Assembly: GCA_965235115.1 (NCBI GenBank)
Contig: OZ249437.1
Location: 7,626,001-7,690,000, forward strand
From: Laetmonice hystrix
Lineage: Eukaryota
Length of the DNA stretch: 64,000 nucleotides
Direction of reading: 5' to 3'
Made by a program: the position numbers and the translations under genes. The notes beneath the pieces were generated by a model. The model worked only from the letters and a program-made list of their open reading frames with translations, was not told where the DNA came from and searched no databases. Shown one piece after another: positions 24,907 through 37,793 of this stretch (its first letter is position 1; each line of letters opens with the position of its first letter).

Positions 24907-26400
24907 GCTGCAAATTAAATAAAAGTGATAATAAATTACCAATTTTAAGTTAATGTACTTGAACATAGTAGGTTAGTTAAATTCCTAAAGAATGGCTTGC
25001 AGAACACGTTTTTAGGGCTTTATCATTTAGTACTGATTTGGTTGAGCACTGAAACTATTCAAAAAGTGATGTTAAACTGGCACATTCCAAAATCGATAAA
25101 ACACCAAAATTTGTATGATTGACAGTAAACTGGCAAAAAAATCCAAAATCGACATTCTTAAAACAGAGGGCCGTATTTTAGAACCATCCTTAAGGCAAAG
25201 GATATCCTTTTGTCCATTGGATTGCAATAGACTAAAGGAACTCCTTTGCCTTAAGGACAGTTCTAAAATACAGCCCTTAGAGTGCTTAACAAGTATAGAA
25301 GTGTGCCACTAATTACCTCATTCTGTGTATATTTCATTGCTAAATTTGCGTGGAAAATCAGATATTTCCCATTGAATTGTGGGTGTTTAAGGCACGGGGT
25401 GGTGACAACTCGCACAAGTTGTTACTCGCAGACTCGGTGAGTGAACCAGTCACAAGACACATGGGCATCAACAAACAGCGAACTGAGTGAACTGAGATCG
25501 ATTAGTCGTGCTACAAGCCCGTGACTTCAGGTATGACATCAAGGCCGGAAACCTATTTTGTATTTAACAACAATTTTTCGAATATCCGTCTCACACGCCT
25601 TCTTAACCAATCAATGAGCTTCGTTTAGAACTGTGCTGATACGGATTCCGTATCAGCACAGTAGGCGGTGAGTAGCTTCAGCCAATCAGATTACTCCGTT
25701 CACCGCAAAGGGGTAATAAATCGACCTACTGCACTGCGTTACACTACGCGTAGCGTTAGAAGGATGGCCACATCTGATCTAGGCCTAGGGCTAGGCCTAA
25801 CCTTTACCCAAACTGTGTCATGTCGGAATTACTCTTCAATTACTGAATTAGTCAAACTAATTTAGGTCGGCTGCTTCCGTGTTGGTGTCAATAGCCAGTC
25901 CCTATCGGGAATCCCCCCCCCCCCCAGGCGTAACTAATCGATCTCAGTTCGCCCAGTTAATTCGCTGTTTATTGGAATATGCATAGACGTAGATCTAGAC
26001 TCTAGTCCTAGACGTATTGTCAGTGGCAGTGCCCATGTCCACACACACACATGGCATGCCGAAACATGTCGTTTGCACCGTAACCTGACACACACACACC
26101 CACTGACACAGTCACGATCAGTAGACTACATACTTACCAAATTTTGAAACAGAGAAATAGTCGTTCTACTAACGACAATCATGGCGTGCTCAGCAGGGAC
26201 ACAGTTAATCTAAACTTTACGGGAAAGACGAGTATTTCCACCACATCTTCTTTGATCCACGTTGTTTATCGAAGGAAGCGTTGGTTGCAGACGAAAAATG
26301 GCACTCCAACCCTCCAGAAACAAAAATGAGATAAAACCGTTGCAACGGCCGTTCTTCCGCGGGGATTAACCAAAGAGGGCGCCACCAGCATCAAAAGTCT
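24907..26400 (-). promoter_or_regulatory. Probable CRCP 5' UTR intron, non-coding first exon and promoter
   Basis: Acceptor TTTAATTTGCAG at 24908 and strong donor G|GTAAGTA at 26137. CCAAT boxes near 25605 and 25682. Inferred from splice signals only. Confidence 0.4.
25168..25276. mobile_element. PIF/Harbinger-like MITE
   Basis: GGGCCGTATTTTAGAAC...CCTTAAGGCAAAGG / CCTTTGCCTTAAGG...GTTCTAAAATACAGCCC inverted arms. Confidence 0.7.
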
Positions 26401-28668
26401 ATATCAAAGTGCGGGGCACCTCCTGTAGATGTGATTTTAACCCTGTAAGACCCCCTGTTGCAGATATGCAACAAATTTTCCGGGGGGGGGGGGGGGGGTC
26501 CAGCCCCAGGGCGTATGTACAACTGGGTCTTGGTAGGGCTAAATTAACAATTTTGGTAATGCTAAAAACAACCTGCAGTTCAGGTTGAAAGCCCCTTTTC
26601 TTAGCTTTAAAACGAAACCAGTTATATACTCGGATACTCCCAGCCGTTCCGTTTTTATTCACGGTTGAAGTTAACCATCTCGAAGCGGCGAACATACGTG
26701 ATGAATAAATGCCCAGTTTCCACAAGTAGCCAGCTTGTACAGTTTCCATCAAAAACATCCCAAAAATGCCCCACATACAGCAAACATTATTATGGATCTT
26801 CTCCTATGTGCAATATCCACTCCATACTCCATTAAAGGGTTGCTGACTAATACACCTAGGAACTTTGGCCAAATTTGGTGTAATTTGCAAAAACACTGCA
26901 GTTAAATATCTATAGAAACTAGAACAAGTCCAAGAAGTAAGGTATCAGAAGCATTTGGCATTGTGTGGCAACTCAAACTGAAAACTATTTTCATCAGGTA
27001 TACGTCCTTATTATGGTCACGTACGTTCTCAAAAGACTACAACTTGAACAATCGAGTTCTGCTGCGTAGAAAAAGTACTTTATTAACAAAACATAGCCTT
27101 TCCTAGCCAATAACATGTATCTCTATCAGAAATAATGGAACTAAGTATTGCTTCTTCTATACAACTTGCTATACAACTGTGTTGAAATTATAAATCCTTA
27201 TTTTTCTTTGCAGCTTTTTCAACTTTGACACGAACAAACAACACCAAAATTACTTTATACACACTGCTTAAGTGTTTCTCTGTGTTTCTACACCTCTTTC
27301 CCTATAAAACCACACCAAAACAGTTCAGAATTTTTAATTTTTAGCCGTAACATCCCGTTTTTGGCGTATATATCTCGTATTATAATTCGTTACTGGAATT
27401 TTTGCATCGTATTCGTAACGTATACGTTCGCTCATAGAAAAGAGAGCACTTCGTCTTCACTGTTTAAGGGGCATCGAAGTATTTCTATATCAAAACCATG
27501 TAATATGACTACCTCCATCTGTTGGCATTGTATAAATATCGTGTGCTCCTTGAAAGTATTCAAAATAACTGTAAAACATTTCCGTCACGTACGTTCGCTA
27601 CAGATATATATGGTTGTGAAATGTATATTACCCATGAGTATCTTCTCCAAATTTTAACAGTAGATGCCCCTCGCCTATACCTTTCATCTCCAGGACTTCA
27701 CTGTACTGTTTGCTTGGGTACCAGGCCCGCCAGTCCCATGTAGGGACTCCTCACTGTACTGTTTGGCCTCCCCTACTGTTTGGCCTCACTGTAGATCTAC
27801 TGTTTGTCCTCACTGTACTGATCGGTCAAGTCGACCAAAATCGCTTCTAAAGTATAAACAAGGCCAAAACACCGGGCACCGAGTTGGTAAGTAGCACAAA
27901 TGACAACCATTGAATATGTAGGCATAGTAATTTTTATGTGAAAATATGTTAACCGATGTTGTGAGCCAGATAGGCATAACCTTTCTCTTTCTCTTACACG
28001 TGGATATAGATGTACATACTGTTTAGTTTCTTGGACATCAATCTGTCTCTAAAACTACCTGTTAAACCTACCCCTTGGTAGGTTTAGTTATATACCGGCA
28101 GATTTTGCTCATTTACACCTCGGTTTAATCTAAACCATCTTCCTGTATACCGACCGTTATACCGGGTGTAACTATAAACCACTGGTTTTCTTAAACCCCA
28201 TTTATGCATATGGACAGAGATACAACTGATGAGTTAAACTTCAGTTTTGCTAAACTCCCATTAAACCACTTTTATGCATACGGGGGCAGCTGGTGTGTAG
28301 TTAGCCTTTAGGAAAGTATGGACGCAATGAGATACCTGCAACCACCGGAGCTGCAAAGCTATGCTACGGGATCGGGTACATACTCCCCCTACACAGAAAA
28401 ACAATTGAAAGAAAAGTTCATTTCCCTACATTCTGAGAACACAAATGTACTATTTCCTGGTTTCGAACTATCACATATGGCCACATTCTTTGGAAAATTT
28501 TTTTTACAAATTTTAATGTAGCATGGCCGGGTTACTGTGATTGGAATCAGGGCGCTGCCCCTAGAACGCGCTGCCCCTAGAACATTACCCCCCCCCCCCC
28601 CAACATGTAGGCTTATAATGCCACTGCACCTATTATGTTTCTATTTTATTGCAATTATATTCCTGATA

Positions 28669-28750
28669 TGACGTCATCAGTTTCATATGATGATCTTTCT
28701 GATATGACGTCATTGATGCTGTATTGTGATATGACGTCAGAGTGACGTCA
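28669..28750. promoter_or_regulatory. Cluster of four perfect CRE palindromes (TGACGTCA)
   Basis: Sites at 28669, 28705, 28732 and 28743; a fifth at 29998. Function untested. Confidence 0.45.
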
Positions 28751-31700
28751 GTCGACGACCAGTTTCTTGTACGACCCGACCAGTCCCTCGACAACCTCGT
28801 CCGGTTGTTTCCGGGATATGGCGCGCGGAACGTCCAAGTAATATTTCTGTTGGTCGACAAAAAATGAGTCCATGGCCAACATCTTGGTGGACCACGCCTG
28901 AATGGAGAAAATAAACACAATCATGATAGATTCAATTATAGTATTGATTTCGGGATCACCACAAGGCAGGCAGGGGGCATTAAGGCCCCCCCCCCCCAAC
29001 CCTTAGAAAATAGACTGAAGTCTATAGATCTATGTCAACAATAGATCTAGACTGAAGTTTATAGATCTATGTAAACGTAACATGCTATAATACCATATTC
29101 ATATGCAGGAGTGCTGAACCGAGACTTTTTCTTTGGTTCATCTTTGGGAGTTTATTCTTAACATCCATTTCATATGGCGTAACAAGGGACAGAAACTATA
29201 AGGAACAGGTATATTTTTGAAGTTACGGAGTAAGTTTCGCCCTTTAAATTTGCGACTCGGGGGCCATTGGCAGGACCCCTCCCCGATATTTATGCCTTTA
29301 GGTTGACGAGGCCCTCAGGGTGCCTCACAAAGGCAATCCATATTCAAAGGCTTAACACGGCCAAACGATATTTCAATATAGGCCTACAGGTAGACATTGT
29401 ATTATGGTTTTCCTATAGGCCTAAAGTAGAGGCTATGAGCTCTACAGTGATGCGTTGCTTACGTTCCTTCAGTCATGCGTCACTGAGCACCATTGTTTTG
29501 AAAATAGGATGTGAAATCCGGTTAGGGAGAGTTTCATTCAGGCCTCGTGAATCCACCGACACCTTCCAAATGGCCTTCTCTCAACGCAGAGTGCACAGCG
29601 ACGGCGCATGGCTTCAACTGCTCTTACAATATATTTCTGGGTTCCCACGCAAGATGTTGACTTCACGTTGAATTCCTGAACGTTAGCTCTGTCAACAATG
29701 ACCATGGGGGATTCATTTCAGGCCCAGGGTTGGAACTGTCCCAAGCCAGATTCACAGCCTATTTTCAAGACAATGGTGCTCAGTGATGCATGACTGGAGA
29801 AACGTACACAACGCATCACTGAGAGCTCATAGCCTCCACTGTATTGTAAGACCGTAGATCTAATACATGTACACGTAATATAGTTTGGCCATGTTAACCC
29901 TTTGAATATCGATTACCTTTTTGGAGACACTCTGTATGTTCGCCAAGCGTTTCATTCTCTTAATTATGACCATTGCTTTTAAGCTTTCCCTACTCAGTGA
30001 CGTCACAATTACAACCTACGATTATATAATAATCTACGGGTAGTCGGGTCCCATGAATAAAGTCGCAAGTCACATTCCTGGTGAAACCTTGTTTTTTTCT
30101 AAACTATAGAGTACCTAACAACTGTGTGGGGGATTTCCTTCAATGACTGATTTTTCCCAGCTCTTCGAAGTTTCAAACTCAATTTTCTTAACAGTAACAA
30201 AATGTCACTTGCGACCTTGCGTTATTTATGGGACGAGATACCTGTCACAAACACACGACAGAGCCCTGAGGTTACGACAGGCACTCAGTCACGATCTGGA
30301 AGTGTGACACTGAACCACACCTTGGCCAGAGCAGTGGCGTTTGGCTGTTTGCCTCCAACATCTTCAGGGAGATACTCGGGTGAGACAATCTCGTACAGCT
30401 TTTTACGGTCGGTGCCCAACATGTCAAACTGTGAATAGAAGTTGTGTGACAATTATACAGTGGGGTATAGTAAAGTGACCTTTAAACTTATGAAGGAATT
30501 ATTCCATAAAGGGACATTAAATAAGCCCAATTCAGTAAAACGTGTATAGGCCTATCTAGGAAAGAAGCGTCGGCATGTGGTGTTGCGGTATTTAGCAAGA
30601 GAAGAAGAAAAAGAAAAAAAGGAGAAAGAAGAAAAGAAAAAGAAGAAAAAGAAAACAGAAAATTTCGCAAGGAAATGTAGGCCTATATCATTAGTGGTTT
30701 GGGCGAAACATGTTTTGTCGCCTCATGTATGTAGGACTATCGTTTATGAACAACCCCAAAAGAAAAGTGGTTGCTCACCCTGTCCTGGAACTTCTGTTTC
30801 ATGAACGGTTTCATAATGCTGTGAACGTAGCTGAACACGCTGGGTTCGTTCACGATCACACAACGCTTCATCCGCATCGGAAAGGCGTCCTGACACACAG
30901 ACATATAGGTACACACCGACAGACAAAAAGATGGGATGACAGTTTTTACACCGACTCTTTATGGAGGCCAAGTCACCATGGGTAGATCTACAGGTTAAAA
31001 GGCCAATGCACACAGACGCAGCATTAAGGCTTTAGTGTGTGGGCGCTGAGGCGAACCTTGGGGTGTCTCAGATGTAGACAATTAATGCCACCGAACATAT
31101 TATCACTTGCCCACTTTGATTTACTTTCTGGATCATGCATGATGCCGGGGAGATCATACTAGGCCTAATGCCTAAGGCGCAGCCGAGGGCATATCCGCAT
31201 GACACCACCAAGGACTCACGCCGTTATGCACCGTCGCCGTATATATTCACTTCTGTGACTTTAAACAGTATTCCTATGATGAATTTTACCTTTATCAGGA
31301 CATAAGGTAATTCCGCCCCCCCCCCCCAATTTATGGCCCTTCTGCTCCCTGTGCGGTCGGGTAAAAAAGCATGGAAAAAATCGTAATCTCACCTGCATGG
31401 TTGACATCATAATCTTGGCAAAGGTGGTGCTGAAATGTTTAGCTTGGTTCATTCCAAAATTGCTGAAGTCGACAACCAACATGAGGCCATTCACCTGTAC
31501 TTCTTCATCCTACCACCAGAGGGCGAAACAGTACATAACAGGAGCCTTACAATCGTTACAAAATGCAAGTAAAGAAAACTTAAGCCCTCTGGTACTTGTG
31601 ATTTTTTTCCACATTGTCATTATAAGAAATAAGATTTTTAAATTCGCAACTTTAAAGTGGATTTTTACAATTAATTATATTCTTGCGCGCACCTCGATCT

Positions 31701-34700
31701 GTCCATGCACACACCTGTATGGCGATCTCCAGGTTCAAAATAATAGTCTTCAAGATATCCATCATTGAAACGTTACTCGGGTCCCACACACCTGTTGTGA
31801 CAGTCAACCATTCCGGGACAGTGAACAGATTATACAAAATAATGCACTTGCATGAAAGAGTGCAATATAAAAGTAAATTCTAGTTTTATTTTTATTTTGA
31901 CCAGAATGACCAGCTATATGTATGAACATGTTTTCTGAGTTTCCTTTTTTAATACACCATATAAGATAGAATGTATAGAAAGCTGACCTGGCCTATCGAA
32001 GAGTATTCCCCTGCCGTCTGAGTCCCTCTGTGGTAAGATCTGAGAGATGCCTTGACCCAAGGACTCAGTGATGGTGGCTGGGTGCATGTCATTAAAAATA
32101 TCGTACTCAGTACGGATCTTGTAGTAAGCAACCAGTAACTCGTACGCCCGGTCGTAGTCAAACTTACGGGCTCGAAGAAACCTCAGCAGGAAGGAGTCGT
32201 CCGTCCGACAGTGCAGACCTGTTCATGGTAAAGACATCCATGAAAAATATAATGGCAATAAACGCCCCTCACACCCACACACAAAAATCTCCCGGTCCAG
32301 AAAAAAAATTGCTGACCCCCCTACATCAAATGATGCATTCTGGGACATCTTTTGCATAAAATATGACCTTGTTTTGGGATGGAGATATCGGGGGGTTTCC
32401 AAGTGTCCGGACCCCCCCCCCCCTTGAATAAATTACTATATTAAGGACATATTTGTAAAAAAAAATTAAAATTAAAAAAATAAAAAAGAAGGTGTGTTGG
32501 CTCACACTTACATGTATTACCAATTAAATCGGAAACAGGGATAGACATATAGGGGTATTGCTCACGAGGGAAGTAAGTTCATATACGTCGTAGGATTTAT
32601 TTCTGAGAGTACAGATGAACCAAGTTGACTGACATATTTCTCGGAACCAAGTCGAAGGGAACTAAGTTAGGTGACTCACATACATATTTCTGGGAGTACA
32701 GACAAACTTAGGTGACCGACATTTTTCTCGGCGTCTGGTGACCAACATAATTAAATATTCGATAGGAGCACGGGACTTCCAGGAATGGGCATAGAGGTAA
32801 GCCAATGAGAATGAGACACGTAGGAGGTAAGGTAAGCCAATGAGAAAGAGGCAGGTAGGAGGTAAGGTAAGCCAATGAGAAAGAGGCACGCAAGAAGAGG
32901 GGATTTTTACCCCGGAGACAGACAGGTATAAGTAGTCAGGACTTAACGGAAAAGGGGGATAGTGCGGCCTCATCTGAGAGAGAAATGCGTGAAGGGAGTT
33001 AACAGGAGAGTTCCCGCTAGGGAGCTTGTGCGCGAGTTAAATGCTATTTGAGTATGGGGACGGATGGAGTATGGTACGCGTTCAGAAGTTATTGTGGAAA
33101 TAGACAACACTCGTGGAGGAGACGTGGAGTGTTATGTGCCAACTTGGATGATGTTCATCAATATAAGGAGTTACCTACTCAGTGTGGAGGATGTTGATTA
33201 ATAAAGGATTGAACCGGATTCCTGGAGTGTTATCCATCTCACCCGAATCCAGCGAAGCTACCAGAGCTAGCTCACCCCTATCAAGACTCTGGAACTTGAT
33301 TGGGGCAGACCTCTCGCACTAGTAACGCAATACCAAACGGACTAAGTTACAACCCCCGATAGCTATATCGAGATATATATCGCGAGGCCATAAACCACTC
33401 CAACACAAAGGTGTGCGTGTAAAATACATTATTTTAACCAAAGGAAACCTTTATATTTCCACACAAAATGTCCCAAGATTGCATTATTCGATGTCTTTTT
33501 TTTTATTTCCCAGATCAGCATGGCCTTAAATGGTTATCTCTGAAGTAGGTCTACCTAAACTTCGGAAACCCCCCTTAACAAAACCCTGGATACGCCACTG
33601 GTACGTGTCAAGGGCCATTCACACTAAGCAGAACTTTTTTGTCGTATGAACTTTTTCGTCGTACGAACTTCATAAGGAATTTTCGACGTTCGGAGGTGAT
33701 CGTAAAAACGACATTTTTGGTTACAAACGCCATTCACACTACTGCTTGCGAATTCGCAAGCAGTCGTGCGACCTCTTACAAACCTGGTTCCCAATGCTGC
33801 AATAATTCGCAAAGCTTACGAACTTCGTACAAACTAGAGTTCGTGACAAAAATCGGGCCAGTGTGAATTGCACTTTACCTGAGGCTGCGGCAGGTCTGAC
33901 AGGTAACTTTCTCATTGGTATTCATGTTTATGAGTTTGGTAGTATAGGTCTGACAGGTAACTTCTCATTGGTATTCATGTTTATGAGTTTGGTGGTAGGC
34001 CTACATAGAGTTGGTCTGGAGCCAAGTATTTCGTGATTCATTTGAATAGTCAATGCATATTTTGTTCAGACAATTATATAGGCCAAGACAACAAGCAAAC
34101 AAAGAAGTCACAATAAAAGAGAAACTAAAAAATAAGCTCTTGTTGGCATGGACTTTAAAAGGATGTCGTTCAATTACTTTGTTGATAGCAAAGGGCGACT
34201 GGCCAACGATTTCCTTCCACGCTACTTGCGCCGAATCCTAATTCTTCCTGCCTGCTCGGCTATTCGTGCAGGTCTATAATTTACACGCTCTTTTTGAGGG
34301 TTATACTTCCTTCATTGCAGCTACGATCTCACCGTATATAATAATATACAAATATTGGATGGCGGCGAGTCCACTATACAGTTTACGGGACGAAGAAAAG
34401 CGATAATGGACGAGGCGAAGCCGAGTCCATTATCGCTTTTCAGAGTCCCGTAAACTGTATAGTAGACGAGCTGCCATCCAACACTTGCTATATTATACAC
34501 CTATAGAGGTCTATATAGGGCCTAAGTAAAATATTGATAATCCCATATATAAATAAAGTCGAGAACACCCGCTTATGAAAATTATGTAGGTTAAACTTTA
34601 ATGAACACATTTTCTGTAACCATGGTCAATGTGACAATAATGGGGTACATTTGACGCATGCGCAATGGGAATTTCCAGTCAAATCCGCAAGGCGGCAGCA

Positions 34701-35819
34701 CCTGCAAGTCAGTCCTTGCTGCAGTACGTTAGCATAAGGTTAGATAGGACGACGAAATGCTAATGTGCTGTAGGATGACCTAGCCTTATCATTACTAAAT
34801 AATATTAACTCTTATGGACTAAAGTGAATGAAAGAAGTCTAAAAATTGCCATACCTCTTTAGAACAAATGTCGGTATGGCAACCAGCCACAGATTAGCAG
34901 ATATCAGCCTATCTAATTCTATGCTAAAATGTCTCCTGCTGAACCGCTTGCACAGTGCTGCCGCCATGCGGAAAACGCGGCGTCAAGGTACCCCATTTAT
35001 TGGACACATTAACTTTAGAACCCCATTAACTAGTTACTATAGTTAAATTCATGTTATCTTATCCATCTTATCATCTTATCATCTAGAATTAGCCTGGGCA
35101 GCCGGGCAGGACTGCTCTTATCATTTAGATCTACTTTGACGTCGTCTCTATGGTTTCCAGAGCGAACCGTTCAATATCGTATTTTACCATCCAATATCAA
35201 AATTTTCGGGACGGTCACGTCGTACAAATGGACCAATCAGATTGCTTAGCTGGGCCAGGTGTATAATATTGTCGTTTTTAGGCCTGTGTCCGATTTTCTA
35301 GGGCGGTTATAAATTGATGTCTCTTTTTGCTTTATTCATAGTTATTATCTTGAAATGATCAGCGCATTTCCCCCGTATCATCCTCATCACCGCCTCCAAT
35401 TGACTGAATCAATAAAGAAATATTGTCGCCCGGGCCAACGAATTACCTGTCCGACAGAGCGTACACCAACCATGCAATACCCGCTCATCCTGTCTGTCGT
35501 ATAGCATACCTTTATCGTCTGATTGTCAATATATCAGTTAGACGTATAGTTGCTGTAGGTCGGTGCTTTCTTACGGGGTCTCCGGTGTCCTCCCCCAGTC
35601 AAACTGAGATTTCTCCATCCATGACCCTTGCTGTTGCCGTTGCGTACGATCCCTGATCCCCAATCCCGATCCCCTCGTATACTCACCCGGGTGTGCGTTC
35701 ACCATGTCTCGGAGTGCCTGGATGTCCCGAGTTCGCCATTCTGGCTTCTCATTCAATTCCTGGCGTGCCTTCTCCAAAGATTTCTGGCTCAAAGTGCATT
35801 CGTACGGCTTGTCTGACAT
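28748..35819 (-). CDS. CRAL-TRIO lipid-binding protein (alpha-tocopherol transfer protein/clavesin-like), ~308 aa
   Basis: Exons 35819-35687, 32218-31988, 31791-31715, 31509-31393, 30889-30779, 30428-30321, 28897-28748, all phase-consistent. Motifs [27 protein letters not shown]...[18 protein letters not shown] and the C-terminal GSYKKLVVD* (typical GSF/Y-RKL-x-D end of invertebrate TTPA-like proteins). An upstream in-frame ATG at 35873 is possible. Confidence 0.9.
29316..29934. mobile_element. Aged mariner-like MITE (~620 bp, long imperfect TIRs)
   Basis: CAGGGTGCCTCACAAAGGCAATCCATATTCAAAGGCTTAACACGGCCAAAC vs the reverse complement of the right end, CAGAGTGTCTCCAAAAAGGTAATCGATATTCAAAGGGTTAACATGGCCAAAC. 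TA present on the right only. Confidence 0.7.
30599..30660. repeat. A/G-rich low-complexity tract
   Basis: GAAGAAGAAAAAGAAAAAAAGGAGAAAG... within CRAL-TRIO intron 5. Confidence 0.85.
32513..33351 (+). mobile_element. Probable solo LTR
   Basis: U3-like short repeats, three AGCCAATGAGA boxes (~32800-32880), TATA-like GTATAAG (~32926), AATAAA (33200) and a ...TTACA end at 33351. The left boundary and TSD are not confirmed. Confidence 0.5.
33611..33874. mobile_element. PIF/Harbinger-like MITE
   Basis: AGGGCCATTCACACT...AGTGTGAATTGCACT imperfect TIR with TCA/TTA flanks. Confidence 0.55.
34355..34481. repeat. Long palindrome with central GAGGCGAAGCCGAG
   Basis: ~55-bp arms (TGGATGGC...CTATACAGTTTACGGGAC...AAAAGCGATAATGGAC) and their near-perfect reverse complement. 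Confidence 0.9.
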
Positions 35820-36808
35820 CTTTTTCGGTGTTTCCTTGGAACCTTGCCGCTCAGTGTAATATGGAGCTGCCACTCTGCAGGGTCGTAAGTGGAGTTACAG
35901 ATTCATTAACCAAGCAACAAGCCGATTAGTATCAGACATAGAATATGAGATATTTAAAAAACTGAACTGCAGATATCAAGTACATGTATTAAGTATAGCA
36001 GATAACTGAATCAAAATTCATTTGGTTATCACTATATAATTATGTTTATTACATGCGCATTCTATCTTTCAGTGCCATTCAGGGGGTGCCATACGGTGGT
36101 CCGTGTTCCCTGCGGCCTGATTTGAGTGTACACGTTTCAGGGTGACGTGACGTTAACTAACACTTAACGGGATGCCATGGCGCATGAATACGGCACTACA
36201 TCAGGCATCTCGTTACTTTAGCGCCGTGAAGGACCCTCATTCCGCTGTAAGGATTCCGGGCGGCCGAATAAAAATAAATAAAAGTAAAAAGAAAAGAAAA
36301 CGAAAAGTTTCCGAATGTTCACGTTAACATGGCTCAGTGAAAGAACGCCGATTTTCTGAGAAGTCCACACCGACTGGGTCGAACCGAGGTTTATTCTTGA
36401 AGATAATGCAACTGTTGAGTTCGGCTCGGGCCGCAAGCAAACTCGGATTTGAAAGTATAGGCTTATAGAAGACTAAGCTATAATGTTTAACGCATTTTCT
36501 AAAGTTGCACTACTGAGGGAGGGGATAATGTCATTGTTGACCAATCATAATACAATATAGTTACCGTGGAGCTATCTATCACCGTTACGTGTATTTAACG
36601 GGCTTGCCATACAACTTTCACCGTTCTCGCGGGCGGGCAGGTCAAACAAGTTTACTGTGCCATGCACTCATGCGAGGAAATACCTCATTTCTGGACACGG
36701 CTAAACGACCCCTTTCTCACCTGTTTCTGACCTATTTTCTTCGTTTCTTTAAAGTAGAATTTTTCCACAACTCCATTATTCTGATCATTCACTTTCTCGG
36801 AAGCATAA

Positions 36809-36945
36809 AGGGCCTGATCCACAGACCGATTTACGGCCGATTTTGAGATAGATCTATACCGCCGATTTTTCTCTATAGTTTTCCTATGGAGAAAAATCGG
36901 CCGTATGTGAAAATCGGCCGTAAATCGGTCTGTGGATCAGGCCCT
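36809..36945. mobile_element. PIF/Harbinger MITE with TAA TSD
   Basis: TAA|AGGGCCTGATCCACAGACCGATTTACGGCCGATTTT...AAAATCGGCCGTAAATCGGTCTGTGGATCAGGCCCT|TAA. Confidence 0.9.
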
Positions 36946-37793
36946 TAATTCTCTCGATCTCTGTTCATTGTACGAATGTTTTGCTTTGGCTGGCACAACG
37001 TCCTTATTGTTAGCGAGTTGGGGTCCAGTCAACCGTTATCAGGGCCATGCATGGTAAGAAATGGTCCACGTGTGCAGGAAATGAGCAACGCTTTGTTTTG
37101 GCTCGTCTGTGTAGTTCATAATGGCGTTAATTTTGGAATACGAATGTCATTATCGACACTAAGGATGACTTACCGTCTTGACGCAGGTGACGTAGTTTGG
37201 GTGGAGAGAAGTAGAGAGAGAAGATATATATTGATGGTACGCAGGGAAGTGAGGGGTGAAGTCTTCCTGTCGCTGTCTGCTCGTCCGGCCTACGTAAATT
37301 CTTGTGCAGATTATGTCACGGACTGATGACTTTCAAATCTCTCCACAGGGTGTTCCAGAAAGAAGGTCATGTTAATTTCTACGTAAGTACGATTTCTTGC
37401 TCCTTCTCATCGGGCATCATGGGATGTTTTATAACTAGAAAAGGGTATTTATTTAATCGAAATCAGTCGAGTATTAAATCACTTGAGTCCATCAAATGCC
37501 CCGGTTCATTAAGATTTAAGTCACCTGTGTCCTGATTCTCCGTGGCGTGGCTGATGTTGATTAAATGCAAACTACATGTATTTTACCAATAAAGATTTCC
37601 TCTCATATTTTCGTCCATTTTTTTCTGGGACACCTAGTATATCAAACCCATGCTAACTGGGGCGGAGAGATGGAAGCACTCTGGCCACCAAGCGGCGATG
37701 AATGAAATCACGTTACGTTTCTCAATTACATAAGACAGAGAACCCGTCGAATGTTGCCAGAATGAGATGGGAGAGAAAGTGGACAATATACAC

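Noticed and set aside
30285-30287. TGA at 30285 as the main end of the CRAL-TRIO gene
   Set aside because: A phase-matched downstream exon (28897-28748) supplies the conserved GSYKKLVVD terminus.
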